A stretch of 62,403 nucleotides of DNA, counting the filler, from Platydemus manokwari (lineage: Eukaryota): NCBI GenBank assembly GCA_037951405.1. It is 6 parts of 6 records of this genome, joined end to end, with 100 filler letters (N's around TTAATTAATTAA, not from the genome) between each part and the next. Parts side by side here need not be neighbours in the genome. Positions count along the whole stretch, not along the records: positions 42,876 to 53,313 come from JBBMOY011133662.1; positions 53,414 to 62,403 come from JBBMOY011318316.1; 4 more parts are not named here. One strand, written 5' to 3'. Of the stretch, positions 51,801 through 62,403 are shown piece by piece; positions within the stretch are counted from its first letter, which is position 1, and every line of letters begins with the position of its first letter. The notes under the pieces were generated by a model. That model saw only the letters and a program-made list of their open reading frames with translations. It searched no databases and was not told where the DNA came from. The position numbers and the translations under genes were made by a program.

Positions 51801-53313
51801 AGTTAATATTAATTGTTGAAAAAAGCCCTTTAAATCCTTTATTTTACGCGACATCTTTTGAAAATTCATTTCGAGATATTCTTACTTTTAATGTTTTGAA
51901 TTAATTTACGTCAACATTGAGCCTTGTACTTGTCGGATCTGGTTCCAAAGAAAAATATTCAATTACATTCAACAAATAAAATATTGGCAAACTAATTTGA
52001 AAAATCTAATCAATAAGAGTTTAAGAAACAAAAATAATTTTAAAATATATCAAGAACAGTATTGAGTGAGGAGGGGGGGGGTTAGCGAATTGTATTTCTA
52101 ATTTCAGATAATTACTTCCCAAAGAATGAAAAGGTCAATTCTACTTCATTGATTCAATCATAATAGATCGTCTTATAATACACATCAAATTATAATATCA
52201 TAGACAAACACTGATTCCTTTGCGTTTCAGGCATTAAGTATCAGTTTATTAATAATTATTATCAAATAAGTAGAATGGCGACGCAATTAGGCGACAAATC
52301 GTCAAAATAGAAAGTCATTCGAAGATGAATTTCATTCGAAAGTTTTAATGATAACCATGAATTAAAGACAAATATTATTTTTAACAAAATCTTAAAACCA
52401 ACGATTAGATCAGAATATTTCACTAGTTTTCAGTTGAAAACTGTCTTTATGGTGAGAAAATACTTTGTGGTTGACATAAAAATGGAGATAGCAAATAACT
52501 GCTTGTGGATTATTTGTTACTTTATATTTTCACAATTATCCATAAAGAACTTCATTTCAAGCATGAAATGTGTGTCGGTAAACATTTGAACATAAAGTAG
52601 AATTCATCGAATTCTATAATAAAAATTGACTGGAAATAAAGAGATAAAAAATTATTTAAGAAATTTCAAAAATTGTAACCCATTAAGATTAAACAAATTT
52701 CCCAATTTGGAAAAGTAATTTTTTTCACAAAATTATCTCGATTATGAACTGATAAGCTGATCATAAAATTATAATTTCCTTATTAAATTATACAGAAATA
52801 TTTTTAAAATATTATAATGAAAATTATCATAAAATTAAAAATAAAATTAAAAATTATAATACCAGAAATACGACTACTAATAATAATATAATTTTATTAA
52901 CATAAAATTAGCGCAAAATTAAAATCAGTTAACTGAACAAATAAAAATTAGATTATGGTTATAAAGAAAGGCCATAAGATGAAATTTTAAATTTGTTGAG
53001 CGTATTGCAAAATTCTATTTAGTTTATTTAATTATATTCTTTAAAAACATAGTGAATTTTTTACTTAAGCATTTAGGAAGAATTTTAATTGTTTGAAATC
53101 AAATATTAAGTAGTCTAGAGCTTAAAAATCTCCTAAAATTTGATTATTTGAAAAAATGAAAAAAGTAGGTCGAATTACAATTTATTGAAAATTACCGAGA
53201 ACCTTTTTTTTAACATTAGAAGCAAATTGAGAGATGTTCTCAATTTTTACAATTATTTTATAAAAATAAGCAATGATATTATTAAACATGTCTGTAATTA
53301 ACTAACTCGATTT

Positions 53314-53413
53314 NNNNNNNNNNNNNNNNNNNNNNNNNNNNNNNNNNNNNNNNNNNNTTAATTAATTAANNNNNNNNNNNNNNNNNNNNNNNNNNNNNNN
53401 NNNNNNNNNNNNN
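53314..53413. other. Artificial spacer
   Basis: N44-TTAATTAATTAA-N44. Confidence 0.97.
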
Positions 53414-55403
53414 TTGTGAAAAGAAAAAAAAAATGCTATATATATATATATATAGATATATATATATATATAAAGTGGAGAACTTAGCGATTTAAAATAA
53501 CCACACGGCTATAGACGTGCATCATAGAAATAAAATTGACTAACTGAATAATCTTATTGGGGAATTATAATTGAATGCTCTTCTAGGGAAAAATTTGACT
53601 TTGAAAATTTTACAATTTTCAATAACAATAATTCATTGTTTAAAAATAATTGCGGATAATTCTGGTAATTTCAAATTTCCCGTGTAATATTAAGTTCAAA
53701 ATTGTGACATAGCATTGTTCTGATATGTCATTTTTGAGGTTTCATTTCGAGTTGGTGTGAAAATTATGCTATCAACCTTTGTGTCTAATTTTAGTAACCT
53801 TTAATACGTTGGTTACTAAATTTAGTAACAAGCTACTATTTTCATTGACCCTTGTTAATAAATTTGATTGCCTCATTTTTTGTAATGAACTAATTAATTA
53901 ACATTGATTTGGTTAAAATTGGAATGTCATTCAGACACTTCCTTGATGACCTTTAGATCGAAGATTTTGTTTTATTTAATTTTAAAATATTTCCTTATAT
54001 ATTGATTTTTATTTTGAGATGTTTTATTTATATGTTGAGGTACGGAGAGTCAAGTTGATGAAAAATCAATGAGATAAAATTTAAAGATAATAACTCCAAT
54101 TGTATTAATTGTATAATCATTATTATAATTAATATGTAATAATAATTTAATAAAGTTAAAAAACCAACAAATGATAGCAATATAAATAAATCCACATATA
54201 AAGACAAATAGCACGATAATAAAATGTCAATTTAACCCTAACAATTAGAATATTTCTATTCATAAAAATATCTGATGAATGGGAACAATAAATAGCCGCA
54301 TTTAATTTTTCTTGAGGATTAAATCGATTGTCAATAAAATATTAATCCCTGAAAAATAATAAATGTCAATTTCCACACAACGAAGCCCTCGTAATGAAAT
54401 AATAATCGGCTTTAAAACCAAAAATTCTATTGAATTTAAATAATGAGCTGATATTTCGATAGGAATTATACTCAAATAAAAATCCGTATAAATTAAATTT
54501 AAATGATAAGCCCATATTTCAATAGAAATTCCACTCCATATAAATAGACGAACAACTCTTAGTCAACAAACCCACCCGTTACAAAAAGATAATACAAGGC
54601 AAACGCCCTTGCAAAGAAGAATAATCAGTCAAATACAAGCCGTATAAGCCCACCAAGCTTTATCTAGCACATTCAGTAGTATATGCCCAGTTTTACTAGA
54701 AGATTAATATAATATTGATATTCATTCTGAGTTAATCGATTTCAAAAGCAAGGACAATAGTGAGACTTATTATTGTAAAATCATTCATTATCTACCAATA
54801 TTCGTATATTCTCCCTATATATCGGGTTGATACCAACTATCTTGATCAATTGGTTTTACTCCTATTGGTCACATTATTAACCAGAGCTTCTTCGGAATCC
54901 TTAACATCTTGTCGTTTTAGTTTTTAAAAGTCTTGTTCTATAAATTGATCGCTTTCGAGTGTAGATTCTTTTTAATTTCTATATTCTTACTTTCTAAATT
55001 AGTGTGTTACGATACTTGTGTGTCTTCATTTCCATTGTGTGTGAAATGTATTTTTAAATAAAATTTTAATTCAACGCTATTACAATCTCATAATAATGAG
55101 TTGAAGAGTTATAAATTCATGCTAACTAAGCCATTAACTATTCTAACAGGTACGTTAACGATAGATCAATTTCGTCGATGTTTATCCTTATTAGTATAGA
55201 ATAAGATCTCGAATTCACAACTTAAAAATTGATGGATTCCCATAAAAGTTCACTTCGTTCAGATTCAATGAAATACAAAACTTAGGAGGGATTGCACTTT
55301 ATTTTCCTTGACTCATATCTGGATACTCCTCATCATAATAGTTATTAAGATAAAATCGATAATCAATTAAGATGAAATAAAATGATTTTTATAAATCATT
55401 TAC

Positions 55404-58400
55404 CTGGCCATGTTAAAACGTAAAATTTTGATTTGATCACATAAACTACTTCGATCAATACCATTACTCCATACGACATTGCATGACAAAGTGCTGACGC
55501 TCTAGAAACACAACATTGTAACACAGTAAAATGAACTGATAACACAATCAGATAACCTCACACCATATTGTAAATAAATCACGAATAATAATTGAGAACA
55601 AATGTTGAAAATATTTCCACAAATGGCAGCTAAAACAGGAGGCCATAAGCAACCCTATCGAGTCAATATTTTAAATGAGTCACGTGATGAATAAATTACC
55701 TGATCTTGCATGTATCTGGCAAACACCAAATAGTTCATCATAAACTAGATGATGTATGAGAATACATTAAAAAAAATTAATAATAATAATAATAATAATA
55801 ACGCCGTACAGAAATACAGCATTTTCCGGACTTCAGATTTTTAGTTAAATTTTATGAGAGAATTTTTTTACATAAACTTTATAAATATTTAGCTATTAAG
55901 TAATGAAATTATTTATAATAGTATGGATAAATGAATTTGATTAAAGAAAACACGTTATATTAAATCTATTTAATACATTCTTGTTTGAATATTTTAAATT
56001 TGTAAAAATTTTAAACGAATTTTATGTGATGCAGTATTTAAATTGACAGCGAAGACCAAGCTTTTCGAAATTATGCCTTACGTCAACATTTATTAAAATA
56101 TTTGATAATGATGGAAAAGAATGGCGCTGATATTAGTATAAGCAAATGTGACATTGTAGATGATGAAGAACATTAAATTTTGTTATTCATTTTTAATTTA
56201 ATTTAATATGTTAATCAGTGCACCTTATAGTCCACTGCGTCTCAATAATGAAAATAATTTACACAAAGTCCGGAAAATACGGTAGTAATTCTCTTAAATG
56301 ACATGACACACCGTTATTCCTGGAGTGAATGTCGTCAGAAATTCACCAGCTATTCTAATATTATATTTGAATATCAAAGCTGATAATAAAAAAGGTTGTT
56401 TGATTTAACCTCGAAATATCAGGGTTTTGACCACACAGTATTAGTATTGGTTCAAAATTGATGTGTAAAGCCCATAAACATATTGGAACCAGATTCATTA
56501 ATAACAGACCTGGATATTTGAATGATGAATAAAATATATTAAATGATTGTTGTGAACCTCGTTGAAAGAACAATCCAGTTCTTTTCTTGTCATCTGATCC
56601 GAAAGACTGAAATATTAATCATAATAATTAGGAGAAATTTAGAGTATCAATTTTGTGTTTATTTTTCTTTAATATTTTATAAAGCATCAAGTTGAAATAA
56701 GTTTGACTAAATTTGGTACGAGTTTTAATGTTTATAGGAACGGATTAGTGCAGTAAATGAGCTTGGATTAAAGATAAAAGAATAGCAGAAAATGTTATTC
56801 TTCATCGTAATTATATAGTAAACCTAAAAATTGTAGAGTTTTATTTTAAGCAGATCCAAAATAATCTAATTCGTTCATCAGAGAACGATGCAATAAATAT
56901 TATTAGATAATTTTTGTGAACCTTGTTGGAAGGGCCATATGTTTCTATTATTCGATAACAAAAGATTGAAATTAGTTGAAACCTAGCCTATAATGTTTAA
57001 TATGCTGTTCGGGTTAAATGTACTTAAATACTTAGAGAAAGACTTGAGTGGTACAGGTTCGTAGATCAAAATATTAAAAATTATTTTTAAATTCACCTTT
57101 ATGTGGTGATTTATCAATATTTTTAGTAAGGTTATTAAGACACTGGTTACAGTTCAAATATAATTTAAGTAGATCAGTGTTGTAACCAAATTGCTCAAGA
57201 TACTCAGCTATAATTTTATATCTTTTTTGAATACATCTATATATATATATAATTCAAGTTATTTATATTAAATTTTCAAATAATAATAATATTTATTCAT
57301 AAACATTGATATTCAAGACACCTACACATTAAAATATTGGATGTATATGGTTCTTTCCTTCGATCAATCCATGAATCACAGCTCACTAGTTCAATCATAC
57401 AATAAATTCAACATTTCATTCAATTCTGTCTCCGCCGTCCATTCAATGTTGTCTTGGATATCCTCTTCCCTTATTTTAACGCTGTTTTTGTTGCTGCCCT
57501 CTTTCCCTCTTTATCCTTTTCTTGTTCATCTATAATTTCTTTAGGTCTATATTATTCGTCTGTGTTTGCCAAGTTTCGAGAACTCCAGAAACACAAGTGA
57601 ACAGTTACACAATCCAACCGGGCCGCTTTTATTGATTGAATGTCAGAGGTCTGTGTATTTTTCTATATTATTTTGAGCTGTTTCGGCCATTAAAGCAGGT
57701 TTATTCATGGGGCATTTCACATCGGGAAGGACGATCGTGGATTATCTATCATTTATTAGTTGAAGATCTCCCCTTAATTTAGGCTCCGTGAATTGACACC
57801 CTAACCCATTCATTTTAAATTTTTTTTAATTTATTTATCACAATTTGGAAATTTGCCTCGCTTTTCCCCTTTTTAAATTTTTTAATTTTATCCACATTCC
57901 ATTTTGTCACTGTACTTCCTTTCATGATTCAAACCTAGTACTTCATGCAGGTCTTTATATCTTTTTGTTCTTTCTTTTTTTATCAATACATTATCACCTA
58001 AATTAAATTTGGATTTTATTGTTTCCAACGTTTTTCTTTTCTGCTTTTTCTCTATGCTTCTTTTAATTTCCTCTCTATCTACTTCACTATTGACATGGCA
58101 TTGTGATCTTTTTATTATCCCCCCAAATAACTTCTGCCGGACTAACATTAATCAATTTTTGCACCGCAGCATTCAATGTGTATTTAATATCCGGTGATTT
58201 TGAAACCCATTTAATGTGTTGGCTATATTATACTGTCACTTTTGTATATTCTTTTATTGTTCTATATTATGGCTCAACTAATCCATTCGCACAAAAGTGT
58301 CATGGACCGAAAAATATAATATTTTCCATCATTCTAAAAGCTATCTTTTTGATTCTTGGTGATTCAAAGCATTTATCACCATCTACATCTATTTCTTTTG

Positions 58401-59813
58401 GTGTACCATACTTTAAAACTCATTGATTCTGAATAACATTTTCAATTATTTCTTCATTCTGTTAACTTATTAGATAATGTAAGTGATATATATCTGCTAA
58501 ATTAGCCCATGACTATAATATATTTTTCTTCTTTAATAGATTCTTTCCAGGGTTCACAAATACCAATATATATATATTCTCGAATGATTCCTCTACTAAT
58601 TTTCCTCGCAACTGGTATAAACAAATTTTCAAATTCTATTTTTGATAGAAGAGGAATTTTTGATCTAAAGTTTTCTTTGTTAACCTTTTTGATCACCATT
58701 TATTCAAATTTTCAGTTTAGTTTAAATCACGGCTCACAATTTCTGATGCTTTTGATTATTTGACAGATAAATACCTCACTTTCTTTCATGTATTTTAAGA
58801 TTAATGTAACCCAATCAAGTTTAACAAAATGTAAAGTGATTCGTTTCTCAAAGTTATTTCGATGTTTCCATCGACTCAATCCCAAACAGATCATTTGTAG
58901 TCCATTCTTCGAATACCTTTCAATTTATGTGAATGAAAAACAAAACAATAATAATAAAATAATGTCTTAAAAATAGAACACTCAGTTAACAATCGATGTA
59001 CTTTAACGGGTTATCGTTTGAAAAATACTTAAATTTTAACAGCTGAGTAGATGTGAAGAAAGAATTATGTGATTTGATGAAATAATCTAATAAACAAAAG
59101 AATTATAAATCATAATCTTAACTTGCATTTTTCGTTTTTTAACAAATCCAGAGAAAATCAATAAAATTTCATATTTGATCACAAAATATTAATTTAGTAT
59201 TGACAAAACTGATATAAGATGAAATTTTGAATATCATTATTTTGTATTCGAATTTACTTTTATTTCGAGTGAATACAATTCATGGTGGAACTTCATTCTA
59301 AATTAAAATTTAAATTTCAGAATACCTGAGTGAACAATGTATCACAAGCTGACACCATTCCAACACAGAAACAAAATCCAAATGCTGTGATAAGCTACAA
59401 TTTGAATTCTATCAAAGCACAAGAAATCATAAGAATATAATTACACTGATAGCCATTGCTACTCCTTCAAGTTCCATACTTGTAAGATGTCCACAAAACG
59501 ATGTCGTTTCAATGTTCAAAGAATATTGGAAAATATTCGTGATCACCTACTCTAAGATTACTGAAACATTATTATCAGATCATAATCATACCACAGGTAA
59601 AGCAATCTTCACCGATTTTTTAAATTCTTCTTTTAATTCAGGCGAGACACACGAGAATATCGATTCTCCTCTTTTCAGTGGTAATTCTAATTGATCGTAA
59701 CACATACATCAAAATAGAATAGTAAAACAAAACATAAGAAACATAGACTTCATCATTTTAACAGGTTTAATACCTTGTGAATCACTGTTGTCTGATTGAT
59801 TGTAAGTGCTCAT
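55404..59813 (-). CDS. SLC47A: MATE / SLC47 multidrug and toxin extrusion transporter, N-terminal half (remaining exons not found in this piece)
   Basis: Phase-consistent exons 59813-59774 (least certain), 59686-59592, 59546-59445, 59394-59326, 56606-56558, 56509-56410, 56354-56312, 55744-55700, 55654-55557, 55501-55404. They give SFCGHLTSMELEGVAMAIS, VGMVSACDTLFTQSFGS, FQRG, CGQNPDISRIAGEF, RYMQDQG and YVLTWPG, colinear with MATE1 motifs. Confidence 0.93.
55817..56282. mobile_element. pogo-type MITE in a MATE intron
   Basis: TA|CAGCATTTTCCGGACTT ... AAGTCCGGAAAATACGG|TA TIRs with TA duplication. Confidence 0.75.
57500..58950 (-). mobile_element. Ty3/gypsy pol (integrase) remnant within the large MATE intron
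   Basis: Minus-strand fragments ISRYI, KYGTPKEIDVDGDKCFES and HFCANGLVEP*YRTIK (HPxxNGLVERxxRT-like); A-rich coding strand with many stops. Confidence 0.7.
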
Positions 59814-60029
59814 TTATTAATTCTGCTGATGTATGATCTGAACATTTATCAGTCTGAACCACATCAACAGCTCTTGATATAACATGATATCTCCAGATAA
59901 CATAACTATTTTGACTCAACTAACACTCAATAATTCAAACGTTTTCATATACTCATCTAAAGTACTCATCTCATATCATTGACCAGTCATGTTTTATGTT
60001 TTCATTGATCTGTTTTGGTCACAAATAGT

Positions 60030-60560
60030 GTAACAATATTATAATCAATCACAAAATGATTCTGAATTCTACTGGCGGGAAATTTACTAATATTGGATAA
60101 AGATCAGCAAATAATTATCTGGTGAGTCTGAAGTACTCCTACACACCAATGAGTATAAAACATGTCAAAAGAGGTCTATTTTTGCAATATCTAGTAAGTA
60201 ATTTATTCAGCGGTTAATATAATCTCTACACTTTTCGACAGAGACTGAAAACCTGTGTGTTCGTGTGAAACATCAAAGATAAGCATAATTTTAATGTCCA
60301 TCATTACCATTACGTCCTAAATCGACGAAAGAAAAATAACATATATTTCAGTTGGTATAGGACAACTAAACAACTCTGAAGATAACAACTCGTTGGTAGT
60401 TTATAAAACTTTAATACGGCAACAGTAATAAAGTAGCCAGTTCAGAATATTGTCAGACATTTTCAAAGATTGAGTCATAATAGGAATTCTAGCACGACAG
60501 TTTTCAATTTTGTCAAGGCCATTGGCAGCAACTTCTGATCGTTAGATATACGAAACAATT
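60030..60560 (+). mobile_element. Possible piggyBac transposase remnant
   Basis: Short fragments loosely resemble NSGRNIT/DNFFT and TLCSYVPKK motifs in order; extremely degenerate. Confidence 0.25.
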
Positions 60561-60713
60561 TAGCACGATATAATAAATCATTTTACTTTAAACTGTTGGG
60601 ATAGCATGGAACGTCTAGTGCTCTATTCAGATAGTGAAGAGAGCAAAAACGAAAAAACCCCATATACCATTAAGTCCTAAAGTGAATGGAGACAGTAACA
60701 GCAGCTGTCCCAG

Positions 60714-60810
60714 AAACCGCGATTACCATAACCACCGAAAAACAAACCGCAATTACCATAACCACCGAAAAACAAACCACAATTACCACAACAACAACCA
60801 CCGAAAAACC
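60714..60810 (+). repeat. 30-bp tandem repeat (~3 copies) inside a decayed Pro/Gln/Lys-rich frame
   Basis: AAACCGC(G/A)ATTACCATAACCACCGAAAAAC x2 plus a longer variant. Confidence 0.9.
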
Positions 60811-61039
60811 CACAACCATCAACGAGCAGTCATGTGTTCAAAAAACCAATAGGAAAGAAACCTAAAACAATAGCGATAAAACCCATAAAATCGAGCCCAA
60901 AATGGGAAACATGGGCTACCCAAAGCTGGAGCGTGGATTTAGACGCTTGATGTCAGCAGGGATTCGGCAGAACTGCGAATTCAAAATCAGACAGCAATCA
61001 ATCCAATATTTGACTTGATATTGAAATCCCAATGTGATC

Positions 61040-61160
61040 CTAATCTTGAACTGATATTGAACATTTTTGTAATTGATATTTGATATTTTAATCTTGAACA
61101 TTTTTGTAATTAATATGTGATCCGATATTGATATTTTAATCTTGAATATTTTTGTGATTA
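61040..61160. repeat. Imperfect ~40-50 bp tandem repeat
   Basis: Recurrent GATATTTTAATCTTGAA(C/T)ATTTTTGT. Confidence 0.75.
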
Positions 61161-61629
61161 TCTTGATTTCGATTTTGAGAATTTTAGTAACTGTTTTAAT
61201 TACGAATTATTTATGATTTATTTTTGAGGAAAAAATATAAATTGATATACATTATTATTTATAAATCAAAGAGTGAAAAAAGAAATAAAATATTTAATTT
61301 ATAATGTCAGAAATTATATAATATTTATTTTCAAATGTCAAAAATTTAGTAATAAAATTTCTAAGGTTAGATTAATTATTAAGAATTTTTAAAAATCATA
61401 AACATTAAGGGTCTAAGTATAAAAAAATGACTTAAAATTTACGAGAGTGATGGAAATTCATAGGTACAAAGTACCGAATCTCAGCATCTATATAAGCTGA
61501 TGGATTTCCATCACAATTCACTCTTCGAAATCTCGACAACTTGGTACAGGATCAAAATAAACTGCGAAAAGATCAAAGCTCTTATTTGATAAATAAAAGT
61601 AAATAAATAAGCATTTTTATTGAACTGCA

Positions 61630-61897
61630 TTCTAAAGGATCCCTCTTTGGAGACATTGAATAGTTTTTTTTATCTAAAATCTATATTAAATTTGTAAGGA
61701 GAAATAAAGGTTCTCACGATCTCGGTGAGATAACCACAATTGTTTTGTTTGTATATTATTTTTAATCTTAATAAAGTTTATTATCGATTTTGTGTGTTTT
61801 GATATAATACAACCGTAAAGGTATAATACAACTGTAAAGGAACTCACGCTGTTGAGTTAGTTTAAAAAACAAATTAACATTCATCACAACCCAACAA
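61630..61897 (+). repeat. Interspersed repeat (copy 2 of the 20525-20949 family)
   Basis: Blocks TCTAAAGGATC, GTTCTCACGATCTCGGTGAGATAAC, ACTCACGCTGTTGA and CACAACCCAACA in the same order as copy 1; 5' boundary uncertain. Confidence 0.6.
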
Positions 61898-62329
61898 TAT
61901 TATCTACTAATATAGTGGGAAAATATAACATTAAATTTCGCATTTTTTGTTGAAATTCATTTAATGTCAAGTTTGTTGGAATTATTTTGTTTTACGCTAT
62001 GTTTTCGTGAATAAAGCGCCAAAGTGAGTACGCACTAGGTTACTCCTTTAAAATAGATTTTTGTGTTGTAAATTTATTGCCTTACTCAAATAAACATAAT
62101 TTGATTTTGTTTTAATTCAGTACTCATTTTATTATTAAAATCTATTAAAAATTCTCAGTGGAATCAGTACCCAAAACATAAAACAGCGATATAAATAACA
62201 ACCATAACAGATTGGTCAATCAAAATTATCACACAAAGGAATTAATAGAAATATAAAGTTATCAAAACCGAAAGACAAGGGTTTGTTGGATGGATTCAAT
62301 TTCTTTTTAGACTTTTCGTCCATGTTTAG

Positions 62330-62339
62330 TTATTATTAC

Positions 62340-62403
<64 letters not shown>
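62330..62403. repeat. (ATT)n microsatellite
   Basis: Directly visible. Confidence 0.95.

Noticed and set aside
53935-53975. TTGATGACCTTTAGATCGAAG hammerhead-like motif
   Set aside because: Both core halves are mutated and no convincing stem I.
60714-60810. 30-bp repeats as a CRISPR-like array
   Set aside because: Head-to-tail with no unique spacers, no cas genes, eukaryotic context.

Overview
AT-rich eukaryotic nuclear DNA with many ~45-55 nt GT-AG introns and the standard genetic code; composition and intron size suggest an invertebrate such as a planarian (inference). The window is not contiguous: five identical 100-bp spacers (N44-TTAATTAATTAA-N44) join six pieces of ~9-12 kb, so adjacency across spacers has no demonstrated meaning. 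Supported genes: a head-to-head pair of spliced TMEM104 paralogs, an intronless 579-aa pseudokinase, an intronless tandem-RING protein, a two-exon LicD/fukutin-family gene, the N-terminal half of a 10-exon MATE/SLC47 transporter, an Asn-rich ORF, a SAM-like/zinc-finger ORF split by one TGA, and an orphan first exon. The rest is rich in decayed transposons (pogo/Tigger, mariner, hAT MITEs, Ty3/gypsy, LINE, possible piggyBac/MULE/Harbinger/Penelope) and microsatellites. No CRISPR, rRNA or tRNA was seen. I found no convincing multi-gene novel system. The best leads are the intronless pseudokinase, the duplicated-RING protein, the TMEM104 pair, a block-conserved repeat shared by two pieces and a degenerate Penelope-type hammerhead. 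All family calls are by-eye motif recognition, not database searches.
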